Source: Chiloscyllium plagiosum (lineage: Eukaryota). Taken from it: a DNA stretch of 64,000 nucleotides. Numbering within the stretch: position 1 is the stretch's first letter; each line of letters begins with the position of its first letter. Position numbers and translations under genes: made by a program. The DNA lies in contig NC_057758.1 in assembly GCF_004010195.1 (NCBI RefSeq), forward strand, positions 4,904,702 to 4,968,701, read 5' to 3'. This document shows, one piece after another, positions 46,585 through 60,620 of this stretch. The notes under the pieces are model-generated. The model saw only the letters and a program-made list of their open reading frames with translations, ran no database searches and was not told the origin of the DNA.

Positions 46585-49500
46585 GAAGAACAAAGAGAAT
46601 TCCAACACAACAACAGGCCCTTCAGCCCTCCACGCCCGCGATGATTCAGATCCGCACTTAACCTGTTGCCTATTTTCAAAGAATCTGTGTTGCTATGCTC
46701 TCAGTCCATTCATATATCTGTGTCAATACAATTTAAATGACACTATCGTCCCCATCACTACCTCCACCGCTGGTAACGCATTCCATGTACCCACCACCCT
46801 CTGCAGAAAGAAGCTTCCATTTATATATCCCTTAAGCGTCCCCGTCATCTTGAAGTTGTGATCCATAATAGTGGAGACTCCATGATGGGAAAACACTTCT
46901 TGCTATCCACCCTATCTCTACCTTTCCTGATTTTGTAGATCTTAGATGGCGCCTCCTCAATGACCGTCTTTCCAATAAAAGTAATATCAATCTACTGTAA
47001 ATATCTTCAGACCAATTACCCTCTAAACCAGGCAACATCGTATTCAACCTCCTCTGCACTTTCTCTGAAGCGTCCACATCGATTTCCAAATATGGTAACC
47101 TGAACTATATGCATGAATCCGACTTTGGCCGAACCAAACTTCACGATAACTGGAACATGTCCTGCCAACCCTTGTACTCAATACCCCATTCAATGAAGGA
47201 AATCGTGCTGAATGTCTTCATGATCACTATATCGACCCATGTTGTTGATTTCACACATTAATGGACCTGAACATGCAGATCTCTCTGTACATCAATTTCC
47301 CTCGCACTTTTCCATTTTCTGTATAATTCACTCTTAAACTGAATGCTCCAAAATGCATCACTTCGCATTTGCCCAGATTGAACTGCATCTGCCATTTCTC
47401 TGCCCAACTCTCCAATCTATCTACATTCTGATGCAGTCTCTGACAGTCCCCTTCACTATCTACGACTCCAAAAATCTTGGTGTCAACTGCAAACTTGTCA
47501 ATCAGACTATTTACAAATTCGTCCAGATCATTTATGTAAATCACAAACAACAGTCTTCCCAACAGACATCCCCGTGGAAAACCACTGGTTGCAGTTCTCC
47601 ATTCCGATATACTCCTTTCCACGACTGCACTCTGACACCTGCTGCCCAGTGAGCTCTCTGTTCATATGGCTGGTACGCACTGGGACCATGTGACTTCACT
47701 ATCTCCCTCAGCCTACCATGTGCAACATAAGTAAAAGCCTTACTGAAGACCGCGTATCTGACAACTACAACCCATTCTCATCAATTAACCTTGTCACTTG
47801 CTCAAAGAATTGTATCAATTTGGAAAGACATGACATTTCCGTGCACAAAAGCATGTCGCCGATCATTAATTAGCGCATTTTCGAACAGATATAAATGAAT
47901 CCCATTCCTTAGCATATTCTCCAGCACCTTAGCTACCATTGACAACAGGCTCACCAGTCAATAAGCACCAGGATCATGCCTTCTTAAACAAAGGGACAAT
48001 ATTAGCAATTCTCCAGTCATCCAGGACCCCACCAGTTTTCCATAACGCTCAAAATACATTTGCTAAGGCCCCACATATTCATATCTCTTTTCCATCAGTA
48101 TTCTGGGATAGATCCCATCCAGACATTGGGACTTAACCACCTTAATGTTTTTTCGGATCAACACTTCCTCCCTCCTTCTGCGGACGTGAACTAGAGTATC
48201 AAAATTTATCCCTAACCTCAACTATCACACACCTCTCCTTGAATAATACTGAGTCAACGAAATAATTAAGAATCTCACCTATTTTCTCTTACTCCACGTC
48301 AAACTTACCTCCTTTGTCCTTGGCTGGGCTCGCCCAGTTCCCCTCTTGCTCCTTATATACGACTAAAAAGCTTTGGCATTTTCCTTAACCGTGTTTACCA
48401 GAGATAATTCATGACCCCTTATTGTCATCTTCTTGCTCATTTCAGATTGCTCCTCCTTCCCAATTTTCTTACGAAGCTTCGCCTGTTTTCAGCTGCCTCG
48501 ACCTTATTTAAGCTTCCTTTTTCCTCTTAACTGTTTTCACAATTTCGCCTGGAACACTTAGTTTTCTGGTTTTGCCAGAGCTAACCCTCATTTTGACAGG
48601 GTAAGTCCCTCCTGCCCATCAGTCAGTCCATCTTCAAAGGCTTCCCACATATCAAATGTGGATTTGCTTTCAAATAGGTGTTCCCAAACCACATTACGTA
48701 GCTGCTGCCACATTTTTATATGGCTTTCCTTCCCCCAAATCAGCACTCTTACTTTAGGTCTACTCTCGCCTTTGCCCATGCACATTCTCAAATAATGTAA
48801 TTGTGTCACTATTCCCAAAATAATACCAAACTGAAATTTCAACCTCCTGTTCATTTCATTCCCAACAACATGTCGAGAATGCCCCCTTCCAGAGTGCGAC
48901 TATTTCAATATCTTGCTGGATTATTTATGTACCCTCGTGCATGCTACTTAGAAATTCTGTTCCAACTCGACATCTGACACGAAGTGAATCGAAGTCAATG
49001 TTGTGAAAATTAAAATTTTCTATTATCACCACCCTGTTGCTGTGACATGTTTCCATAATCTGCCAATATATTTGTACAACTGTCTCACGTTCACTGTTGG
49101 GAGGACGGTAGTCCAGCCCCAAGACATTTCCCCAACCGTACCTCTTTCCTATTCTTGAGCTCTGCCCATATTGTCTCACTGCTCGGGTCCTCCATAGTCA
49201 TCTCCTTCAGCAGAGTTGTGATATCTCTCTGACCAGTCATACAACTCCTCCACCAATTTTACCGAATGAAATATCTATATCCTTGGATTTTTAGTTGCGA
49301 ATCTTCCATCTACCGAGTCTCAGTACTATCAATAGCACCATATTGCCAGGTACTAATTTATGGCCTCAATTCATGTGCCTCACCTACCGAACTTCTGACA
49401 TTTAGAAAAAGTGCACCTCAGACCACCTTGCTCCCTGCCTACTCTTCCCCTCAGACACGTTGACTTCATTATCCTGTTTCTAACAAACTTTAGTTCCTAC

Positions 49501-50500
49501 CTTGCTGTGCTCCACTAACCTTGTCATTTAATTCTCACACCTCCGCCACGTTAGTTTAAACCCTCTCCAACAGCATTAGCAAAAACACCCCGTCGGGGAT
49601 TGTTTCCAGTCCTGCCTAGGTGTAGACCTTCCAATTTGTAATCGTCCCACACCACCCAGAAACGGTCCCAATGTCGGGAAAATCAGAACCCCCTCCCTCA
49701 GCACCATCTCGCCAAGCCACGCTTTCATTCTGCCTATGCTTTCATTTCAACTCTGACGAGCACATTGCACTGGTCACAATCCTGAGGGTGGATGAATACC
49801 TCCAACCTCCTATCTTTTACATGTCTGCTAATTCCCTACATTCTGCTGGGAAGATCTCATCCCTCTTTTTCCATATAACATTGGTGTTTTGTGCACCACA
49901 ATTAGGGTTTCACCCTCCAACTTCAGAATATTATGCAGCCAATCCGCGACATACCTGACACGTGCACCTGGGAGGCAACATCCCATTCTGTCGACTCGTT
50001 TTTGACCACGGAATATCTATCTACTCTCCTTACAATTGAACCTTTATAGTGAGAGCCCTTGCGCTCATTTTCACACCGTTCTACACAGCAGAGCCATGAT
50101 GTACAATGCCATGAACGTGGCTACTGCTGCCTTTCCCTGCTGAGCCATCTCTCTTAGCAGTATTCGAAAGAGAATACCTGTTTTCCAGAGAGATCACCAC
50201 AGGAGTCACCTGCACCGCCGTCCTGCTCTTTCCCCGCCTTTTTGTCACCCATTCCATTTCTCCCTCATTAAGCCTGACGTGCGGTGTGACCAATTTACTA
50301 AACGTTTATCCCCGATCTCTTCAGCATTTCAGATCAAAGCAAGTCCATCCACAGACCGAGAGCTGTCATCCAGGCTAACATGAACTGCAGCTGGAAACAC
50401 AGCACGCGAAGGAGTATGGGATATCAGTTGTGTTACTGATCTCCCGCATTGAGCAAGAGGAGGATAACACGGGTCTGACCTCTCCTGACATTTTTAATCT
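46585..50500 (-). mobile_element. Near full-length, heavily decayed CR1 LINE
   Basis: 3' tail at ~46590. ORF 47251..47622 (LLFVIYINDL..KFAVDTK), endonuclease YRPPNSERE (48925..49179), ORF1 remnants (50081..50293, SLENRYS). Confidence 0.85.
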
Positions 50501-51035
50501 TAAAAGCAATTTAATCGAAGCGTATCTGGTTCTCTTCGCCAGCACTTAGCCTATAACCCTCTAATCCGTTCCAATTCATATATCCACCAGATACCAGCCT
50601 CCACGTCTTCCTCTGCCAGCTTAATCCATACATGTACCATTCTCTGTGTTAAAGCTTGGCACTTTGGTCCCTTCTACATTTTCCCTCTCAACCTCAAGCT
50701 AAGACCTCTGTTTCCAGATTCTACGACCAAAGGGAATACACGTTATCTATTTACACAATCCATGCACGTCATGATTTCCTTATCTCCTAATCGGTCACCC
50801 CTCAGCCTCCGATACTATAGTCCGAGACGACTCAACATCTCCCGACAGCTTAAATCCGTTGTAAATCACAATATCCTTCCAAGAGGTGAGCGACTAGAAT
50901 TGCACAAAATATTCTAACGATGGCATAACCAATTTTAGAGTAACACTTGTTGAAATAATGTTTGCTATTCTTTTTTGACATCTTATGTCTGCTGAACTAT
51001 TATGAGGAGGTCGGGAAAACACGTGAAGCGAATTG

Positions 51036-51935
51036 GTTAATCTTGGAATAAAAAACGCACCAGCCACATTCCAAAGGCGCATGAAAAGTGTTGTAACTGG
51101 ATTAACAAAATGTGCAGTCTGTCTGAATGATTTAATGAGCTCTATGAGTCAGGGAAAGATCACATGGTGCAATTAGCAGAGATCTTTCAAAGATGAAGAG
51201 AAGCAAAACTGTTAATAAGCTGAAGTAACCAGAATTCGCGAAGGCAGAGTTGATGCTCTTTGGACATAACATCAGGCATGGAAGATTGAACCCAAGGAAT
51301 GCAAAGATTAAGGCCATCGAGGAATTTCCACAACAACTCTGGAAGAAAGAGGTGTTTCCGTTTTTGGGAATAAGTGAATTCCACCAGAAGTTTGTTCGTG
51401 ACTTCAGCAGCGTATTCGTACGGCTCCAGATTCACTGATGACAAACATAACATTTCATTGGATAGAACAATGCCAGGATACATTTGGAAATTTCAAAGCA
51501 GTATGAATCATCGAACAATTTCGAGCTCCACCAAAATTTTCGAAACGCTCCAAAGTTGCAATCGATGCAAGTGATAAAGGGGTCGGAGAGATAATACTGC
51601 AGGAAGATAACGATGGAATTGAACGGCCAATCGGTTAATTTTCGGAAAAATGTCAACACCTAGCAGAGAAAATACTCTGTCATTGAAAAGGAATTAACGA
51701 GTCTGGTACTGGCCTGACAATATTGAAATGTCAACTTGGCAAACAATGTGTCAGAGACAGTTGTGAACAAATTGTGAACACTATCTTTTTATATTCTTGA
51801 CACGATTCAAAGATAAGAATATGAGACTATTTCGTTGAAGACCTTTGTAATAGAATTTTAATTTATAAACTGTATATGTTATAGGTCGTAAGACTCCGCT
51901 ATGTGATAGCTGAGGCGTTATTTCGGATTTAACGG
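51036..51935 (+). mobile_element. Gypsy RT/RNase H fragment (decayed)
   Basis: LGIKNAPATFQRRMKSVVTGLTKCAVCLND (YLDD decayed), AIDASDKGVG..LQED..GIERP, KYSVIEKEL. Confidence 0.85.
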
Positions 51936-52435
51936 NNNNNNNNNNNNNNNNNNNNNNNNNNNNNNNNNNNNNNNNNNNNNNNNNNNNNNNNNNNNNNNNN
52001 NNNNNNNNNNNNNNNNNNNNNNNNNNNNNNNNNNNNNNNNNNNNNNNNNNNNNNNNNNNNNNNNNNNNNNNNNNNNNNNNNNNNNNNNNNNNNNNNNNNN
52101 NNNNNNNNNNNNNNNNNNNNNNNNNNNNNNNNNNNNNNNNNNNNNNNNNNNNNNNNNNNNNNNNNNNNNNNNNNNNNNNNNNNNNNNNNNNNNNNNNNNN
52201 NNNNNNNNNNNNNNNNNNNNNNNNNNNNNNNNNNNNNNNNNNNNNNNNNNNNNNNNNNNNNNNNNNNNNNNNNNNNNNNNNNNNNNNNNNNNNNNNNNNN
52301 NNNNNNNNNNNNNNNNNNNNNNNNNNNNNNNNNNNNNNNNNNNNNNNNNNNNNNNNNNNNNNNNNNNNNNNNNNNNNNNNNNNNNNNNNNNNNNNNNNNN
52401 NNNNNNNNNNNNNNNNNNNNNNNNNNNNNNNNNNN
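51936..52435. other. Assembly gap, 500 N (probably an unsized scaffold join)
   Basis: Round-number N run. Confidence 0.95.
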
Positions 52436-54100
52436 CCCATGTATACCACGTTAACTGCTCTACCCTCACCTACATGCTTGGTTACCTTCTCAAAAAAAAC
52501 ACAATGAGGTTTGTGAGACATGACTTCCAACTGACAAAACCATGTTGACTATTTGACATCAAATTGTTTCTTGCTTGATGATTATAAATCTTATCTCTGA
52601 TAATCGTTTGCAAATACTTTCCTGCAACAGATTTAAGGCTCACTGGTCTATAATTACCTGTGTCATCTCGAATGCCCTTCTTGAACAAGGACACAATATT
52701 TTCAATCCTCCAGTCCTCTGGTACTAACTCTGGTAGACAATGATGACTCAAATATCAAAGTCTCAGCTATCTCCTCCATAGATTCCCAGAGAATGCTCGG
52801 ATAAATCCCAAAAAGCCCAGCGAACTTGTCTGCTTTCAATCCTTCTAGAATTGATAACACCTGTTCGTAACTGAACTCGATCCTTTCTAGTATAATATCT
52901 TGTATCTCATTCTTCTCTGCAATATTCTCCTTTTCCTGAGTGAAAACCAATGGGAAATGTTCGTTTAGCATCGCTCCGATCTCCACAGTGTCCACACTCA
53001 ACTTCCCACTTCTGTCTTTGACTGGCCCTATTCCTACATTAGTCATCCTTTTTTTTCTGACGTATCTGTAGAAATCTTTCGGGTTTTCCTTTATTCTGTT
53101 TGTTAAAGACTGCTCGTGTCCTCTCTTTGTTCTTCTGAACTCTCTCTTTAAATCCTTCCTAGCTGATCTGTAACTCTCCCTCGCCTCATCTGAACCATCT
53201 TGCCGAATCAACACATATGACTCCTTCTAATCTTAGCAAGCTATGCAATTTCTGTAGTAAACCAAGGTTCCCTCACCTTATCACTTCCTCCCTGCCTGAC
53301 AGGTACATACCTATCAAGGAAAGGCAATATCTGTTCCTTAAACCTCCACAGCTCCACAGTTCCATTGTCTGCAGCCCCTGCATTTTGCTGTCCCATTCTA
53401 TGTATCGTAATTCTAGACTAATCGCATTATAATTGCACTTTCCCCATCCATAACTCTTGACCAGTAGCATGTACCTATCCCTTACCATTGCTAAAATAAA
53501 TATAACTGAATTATGGTCACTGTCTTCAAAGTACTCACCTACAACTAAATCAAACACTTGCCTTGATTCATTTTCCCGGACCAGATCCAGTGGGGTCTCC
53601 CCTCTTGTCGGCCCTTCGACATTCTGCATCAGGAAAAACTCTCGCACACATCGGACAGAAACGGATCCATTCAAATTACAAGAGTTATAGCATTTCCAGT
53701 CAATGTTGGTGTAGTTAAAGTCCCCAATAATGACCACCTTGTTCCTTCCACACCTACCCAGAATAATTTTGCTAATCCTCTCTTCCACCTCCTTGGAACT
53801 CTGTGGAGACTGATAAAAATCTCCAAGCAGTGTGACGTCTACTCTCCTGTTTCTAACCTCAGCGAACACTACCTCAGTAGATGAGTCCTCATCAAAGGTC
53901 TCTCAGCCACCGTTCTACTATCCTTGACTAACAAGGCCACGTCTCCCCCTCTTTTACCGCCTTGCCTGTTCTTAATGAAAGATTTAAACTCTGGAACCTG
54001 CAAGATCCATTCCTCACCCTGCTCTTTCCATGTCTCCGATATAGCTCCAACAACGAAGTCCCAGGTACCTATCCATGCTGCAAACTCAACTACCTTATTT
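52436..54100 (-). mobile_element. Decayed CR1 ORF2 (endonuclease to RT)
   Basis: ORFs 53273..53869 (IIGDFNY..DSDHNSV), 52702..53214, 52482..52751 (GNYRPVSL, QHGFV). Confidence 0.9.
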
Positions 54101-55632
54101 CACCTCCGACTGTTAAAATCTTCAAAGGATACATGTGCAAATTTGAAATTTCTTTCTTTCCAATAAATGCCTCCCTGACCCTTCAATTCCTGTGTTTCTC
54201 ACTTCTCTGCCTCCATTTGTCCAGATGAATAGCTAGGATAATTAAACTAACAGTAATGAACTGCTGGGTGTCTGAACCGAAAGCAGAAATGGCTGGAGAA
54301 ACTCGCCAGTTCTGACGGAATCTGGGAAGGGGGGCAGAGTTAATGGTACCGTCTCTCTCTGCTTAACACTGACTCCTCACAGCGCCAGGGACTCGGGTTT
54401 GATTCCTTCTTCATGCAACTGTCTGTGTGGAATTTGTATGTTCTTCATGTGTTCCCGGGGTTTCATCTGAGTGCTCCGGTTTCATCCCACAGGCGAAAGA
54501 TGTGCAGTGTAGGCGAACTGGCCATTCTAAACTAACCAGTGTTTTCAGAGAGGTGTAGGTAAGGTGCATTAGTCTGGGGTAATTAGTGTGGTAGGGGAAT
54601 GGGTCTGGGTGAGTTACTCTTCAGAGTTTCGGTCTGGGCTAGTGGGCCAAAGGACCTGTTTCGACACTGTAGGGATTGTATTCTTCAAGTTTCAGGTCCT
54701 GTTTGCCAACTTCAGTAATTAGTACTGTTATACCCACTCCCGTTTCGGGTGGACGATTCGGCTGACACCGTTTCATCTCGGCTGATTTTGCAAAGAGCCT
54801 GTGGCACTCCCTGACAGAGTCATGCCTCAATTGGGAAGGCTGCTACCTCGAAGTGGATTGCGAAGAAGAGAAAACATCCGGGAAACAGCACACCAGGTTC
54901 AAAAGAACGATACATATTTGAGGGGGGGGGGGTTGTGGGGTGGCGGGGTGGGTCAGATTGACATTTTGGACACACTGCCTGCATTCACCGATGTGTTTAT
55001 TCATTGTATCCACGTTTGACTGTCCACAGAGTTGAGACCAAGGCATTTTCACACTGTTCTAATTTAGCTCTGCAAACGTAATGGCTGGAAAAGAATAACA
55101 AAGAACAATGAACAAAATAAGAAAACATAAACTGCACACGAACAGGCACTTTGGCCCTCCAAGCCCGCGCTGATTCAGAGTCTCTATCTAATCCTGTCAC
55201 CCATTTTGTAATTATCTGTATCCCTTCGCGCCATGCCCATTCATGTATCTGTCGAGATGCATCTTTAATGACACTATCATGCCTGCTTCCACCATATCCA
55301 CTGGCAAAGTGTTCGAGGCACCCATCACACTCTGCGTAAAGAATTTTCCATAATATCTCCATTCAACCTTTCCCACATCACCTTGATCTAGTGATCCTTA
55401 TTACCGAATTCCCCAGTCAGTGACAAAGACACTTCCTTCTATTCACCGCGTGTGTACCTGTCATGATTTTGTTTATCTCAATCAATTCTCCCTCAACTTT
55501 TGTCTTCCTAATGAAAATATTTCCAACTTACTCAATCTCTCTTCACAGCTTGCGCCCTTCATATCAGGCAATATCCTCGTGAACCTGCTCTGCAAACTCG
55601 CCAAACTATCCACATCCTTTTGATAATGTGGC

Positions 55633-56018
55633 NNNNNNNNNNNNNNNNNNNNNNNNNNNNNNNNNNNNNNNNNNNNNNNNNNNNNNNNNNNNNNNNNNNN
55701 NNNNNNNNNNNNNNNNNNNNNNNNNNNNNNNNNNNNNNNNNNNNNNNNNNNNNNNNNNNNNNNNNNNNNNNNNNNNNNNNNNNNNNNNNNNNNNNNNNNN
55801 NNNNNNNNNNNNNNNNNNNNNNNNNNNNNNNNNNNNNNNNNNNNNNNNNNNNNNNNNNNNNNNNNNNNNNNNNNNNNNNNNNNNNNNNNNNNNNNNNNNN
55901 NNNNNNNNNNNNNNNNNNNNNNNNNNNNNNNNNNNNNNNNNNNNNNNNNNNNNNNNNNNNNNNNNNNNNNNNNNNNNNNNNNNNNNNNNNNNNNNNNNNN
56001 NNNNNNNNNNNNNNNNNN
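55633..56018. other. Assembly gap (386 N)
   Basis: N run. Confidence 1.
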
Positions 56019-56639
56019 CACTATCATGCCTGCTTCCACCATATCCACTGGCAAAGTGTTCGAGGCACCCATCACACTCTGCGTAAAGAATTTTCCATAA
56101 TATCTCCCTTCAACATTTCCCACATCACCTTGATCTAGTGATCCTTATTACCGAATTCCCCAGTCAGTGACAAAGAAACTTCCTTCTATTCACCGCGTGT
56201 GTACCTCTCATGATTTTGTTTATCTCAATCAATTCTCCCTCAACGTTTGTCTTCCTAATGAAAATATTTCCAACTTACTCAATCTCTCTTCACAGCTTGC
56301 GCCCTTCATATCAGGCAATATCCTGGTGAACCTGCTCTGCAAACTCGCCAAACTATCCACATCCTTTTGATAATGTGGCGAACAGAACCGAACTAGAAAT
56401 GGATCAAATGTGACGGAACTAAACAACTGCAACATGACCTGTCAACTCTTGTACACAATACCCTGACCGATGAAGGAAAGCATGTCATCCTTAGTACCGA
56501 GTTCCCCGGTCAGTGAAAAAAAACTTCCTACTGTTCACCACGTGTGTACCACTCATGATTTTGTTTGTCTCAATCAATTCCCCCTCAACTTTTGCCTTTC
56601 TAATGAAAATATTTCCAACCTACTCAATCTCTCTTCTTC

Positions 56640-56960
56640 GGGCGACACGGTGGCACAGTGGTTAGCACTCCTGCCTCACAGCGCCAGAGACCCGGGTCCA
56701 GTTCCCGCCTCAGGCGATTGACTGTGTGGAGTTTGCACGTTCTCCCCGTGTCTGCATGGGTTTCCTCTAGGTGCTCCGGTTTCCTCCCATAGTCCAAAGA
56801 TGTGCAGGTCAGGTGAATTGGCCATGCTAAATTGCCCCTAGTGTTAGGTAAGGGGCAAATGTAGGGGTATAGTGGGCTGCGCTTCGGTGGGGCGGTGTGG
56901 ACTTGTTGGACTGAAGGGCCTACTTCCACAATAGTAATTAAGTAATCTAATCTAATCTAA
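56640..56960 (+). mobile_element. Young full-length HE1/V-SINE-type tRNA-derived SINE
   Basis: Starts GGGCGACACGG; A-box TGGCACAGTGG, B-box-like GGTCCAGTTCC, central core, CR1-like 3' end and (TAATC)n tail. Absent from the paralogous sites (~22492, ~31755). Confidence 0.9.
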
Positions 56961-58491
56961 GCTTGCGCCGTTCATGTCAGGCAATATCCTAGTGAACCTC
57001 CTCTGCACACTCGCCAAAGTATCCACATCCTTTTGATAATGTGGCGACCAGAACCGAACTAGAAATGGATTAAATGTGACTGAAACAAAGTCTTGTACAA
57101 CTGCAACATGGTCTGTCAACTCTTGTACACAATACCAGGACCGATGAAGGAAAACATGTCATCTGTCTTCTTGACCACTCTATCGAACTGCTTTGCCACA
57201 TTCAGGGTACAATGGAAAACATCACGCAGATCTCTTTGGTAATCAATTTTCGAAAGGGCATTTCCATTTACCCGTATTATTCGTTCTTGAATTGGAACTT
57301 CCAAACTGTTTCATGATACTTCGCCCTGATTGAATTCCATCTATAATTTCTCCTCCAAACTCTCCAGTGTGTCCATATTCTGCTGTATACTCTGACAGTC
57401 CTTTTCAATACCTGCTCCTCCATCAATCTGAGAGTCATCTTCAAGCTAGCTCATCAGAACACTTCTCCCTTCGTGCAGGTCATTTGTGTATGTCATAATC
57501 AATGTGGTCACAACACGCATTTCTGTGGAACACCACTTTTCACAGCAACTCGCTTCCCTACTACTCGATATCTTCTGCTTCACAGCCAGTTCTCTGTGCA
57601 TATTGCTAGTATACCCTGTACCCTATGCGACTTCACTTTCTCCAACAGACTGTCATGGGAAAACAAAACAAACGCCTTTCAAATGTTCATGTTTTTGACC
57701 ATTACAGCCCTTTCCTTATCAATCAACTTTATCAATTCCACAAGTAATTCTATTAAGTTTATTAGACATTACTTTCCCTCCACAAAACCATGCTGCCGGT
57801 TACTGCCCATTTTCTTGCAGATCTAAATAGTTCCTTTGCCTCAGTATGCTCCCCTGCTGCTTCACCACCGCTGACGTCAGGCTCATCGGTCTATAATTAC
57901 TTGGACTATCTCTACTAACCTTCTTTAACAAAGCGACACCAGATCTCTGGGACCTCATTCGTGTTCGAAGATGTTGCAGAAATATCTCTTAAGATCCCAG
58001 TTATTGCCTCTCTCACTTCCCTCAGTGTCCTGGGCCTGACCCCATCAGAACCTCGGACTTGTTCGCTCTTATGCTTTTCAGACTACCCACCAATTCCACC
58101 CTATTTATGCCGACTTTATCGAGTGTGACCAAACATCTAGCCTTAACCTCAACATCCGTCATGTCCCTCTCTTTGGTGAATACTGAGGCAAAATACTAAT
58201 TAACAATCTCACCCATTTTCTCTGGCTCCATGCATAACTTTCCTCCTTTCTCCATGAGTTGCACAACCCTTTCTCGAGTTAGCCTCTTGCCCCTTTTCTG
58301 CGAGAAAAGGGCTTTGAGATTGTCCTTAATCCTGTTTACACAAGACATTTCATGGCGTTTTTTAAACTTCTTAAACCTTCGTTTCTGATTGGTCCTACTT
58401 TCACGATATTCACCCAAAGCTTCATTTGCTCTTAGTCACCTAGACTTTGGCTGTACGTACCTTTTGCCTCTCAGCTAATCTTACAATTTCA

Positions 58492-59958
58492 AAGTTTGTG
58501 AGAAGATTTGTAGCTCGGGTGCTCGTTGTTGTGGTTCTGTTCGCCGAGCTGGGAATTTGTTTTGCAGACGTTTCGTCCCCTATCTAGGTGACATCCTCAA
58601 TGCTTGGGAGCCTCCTGTGAAGCGCTTCTGTGATGTTTCCTCCGGCATTTATAATGATTTGTTTCTGCAACTTCCGGTTGTCAGTTCCAGCTGTCCGCTG
58701 CGTGGCCAGTATATTGGGTCCAGGTCGATGTGCTTATTGATTAAATCTGTGGATGAGTGCCATGTCTCTAGGAATTCCCTGGATGTTCTCTGTTTGGCTT
58801 GTTTGACTTCACATTCACATTCAACAACCAAATATTTGAACAAATCAACAGCACACCCGTGGGCTCACCCATCTCTGGAATCATAGCAGAAGTGGTAATG
58901 CAAAGGTTAGAACAAACAGTCTGACCATAAATTCAACCCAAACTCTGGGTCAGATATGTAGATGATACCTTTCTAATCATTCAACACACACCGGATCATC
59001 AACGCCACACTCACAGGAATCCGATTCACTAGAGAGGAAGAAAATGGCAACCAACTCCCATTAGTAGACGTGATGGTACAGAGAACACCGAACGGACAAT
59101 TCACCACAAAGGTACACAGGAAAGCCACACACACAGACCAAGTCCTAACTACGAAAGCAACCACCCCAACACACACAAAAGAAGTTGCATCAAGACACTG
59201 TTCAAAAGGGTCACATCACACCGCAATACACCAGAACTGCAGAAAGAGGAAGAAGAAAACCTATACAACGCATTCGCCAAAAACGCATACCCCTGCAATT
59301 TCAACAACAGATGCCTAAGGGAAAGACAACAGAATGAGGACATGCCACAACCCAAAGGACTAGCCACACTACACACATCAAAAATATTTCTGAACTGACA
59401 GCCAGACTACTGCGACCACTAGGACTCACAGCAGCACACAAACCAACAGCCACTCTCAGACAATAACTCACCAGGACGAAGGACCCGATACCTAGCATGA
59501 GCAAAACCAATGTAGTGTACAAAATCCCATGCAAGGACTGCACAAAACACTACATAGGACACACAGGAAGACACCTAACAATCCGCATCCATGAACACCA
59601 ACTAGCCACGAAACGACATGACCAGCTATCCTTAGAAAACACACACTCAGGTGACAAGCAACATGAGTTTGATTGGGACAACACTACTATTATAGGACAA
59701 GCCAAACAGAGATCAGCCAGGGAATTCCTAGAGGCATGGCACTCATCCACAAATTCAATCAATAACCACATCGACCTGGACCCAATATACCGGCCACTGC
59801 AGTGGACAGCTGGAACTGACTACCGGAAGCGGCAGATACAAATCACGAGAAATACCGGAGGAAACATCACAGGAGGCTTCCAAGCACTGAGGATGTCATC
59901 TAGACAGGGGATGAAACGTCTGCAACAGAAATTCCCAGCTCGACGAACAGAACCACAA
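58492..59958 (+). mobile_element. PLE family 2 insertion, 1467-bp version (inverted 3' segment + RT C-terminal half + GIY-YIG endonuclease + terminal repeat)
   Basis: TSD ct(t/c)acaatttca at 58480-58491 and 59959-59970. WVRYVDDTF at ~58946-58972. ORF from 59497: NVVYKIPCKDCTKHYIGHTGRHLTIRIHEH..AREFLEAWHS..SIN. Hammerhead motifs at 58564-58603 (-) and 59884-59923 (+). Confidence 0.95.
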
Positions 59959-60620
59959 CTCACAATTTCACCTGTCATCCATGGTTCCTTAATCTTTCCG
60001 TTTCTATCCCTCATTTTCGCAGGCACATGTGCGCCCTGCACTCTAATCAAAGTCTCTTGAAAAGCCTCGCACACATCAAATGTGAATTTAGACTCAAAAA
60101 GCTCATCCCAATTCACACCCACAGATCATGCTGAATTTTGCTGTCGTTGTCCTTCCCCCATTTTAGCTCTTTTCCTTTCATACCACTGTCGTCTTTGACC
60201 ACGAAAATTCTAACAGTTACGGAAGTGTGATTACTATTCCCTAAATAATCCCCAGCCAAAATTTGAACAACCTGGCCAGGCTCGTTCCTCAACATAATTT
60301 CCAGTCTGACCCGATTCCAAGTGGGACTATTAACATACTGCTTTATAAAACTCTCCTGGATGTTTCTAACAAATTTTGTTCCAGCAAGAACTCTAACACG
60401 AGTCATTCCCAGTCAATGTTGGGATAATTAAAATCTCCCATTTCCAACACCCTGTTGCTCGTTTAACGTTCCATAATCAGTTTCTATATTTATGCCTCTC
60501 TCTCACGATCGCGTTGGGAGGCCTCGAGTACAACCCCAGCATTTTTTAACCACACTCTTCCTATTTCTGATCTCTGCCCATATTGTCTCACTGCGCGTGT
60601 CCTCCATGTGCCCTCCTTCA

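Larger units (their letters stand above)
55088..60620 (-). mobile_element. Decayed CR1-A, copy 3, with local tandem duplications, SINE and PLE insertions
   Basis: Paralog of 22037-24989. Confidence 0.85.

Noticed and set aside
56640..56715. tRNA gene (A/B boxes)
   Set aside because: It continues into a SINE core and LINE-like tail and is repeated elsewhere in the window; it is a SINE head.
59497..60060. Stand-alone or domesticated GIY-YIG nuclease gene (187 aa)
   Set aside because: It is part of a truncated PLE. The upstream RT is frameshifted and the ORF tail reads through the terminal repeat into antisense CR1.
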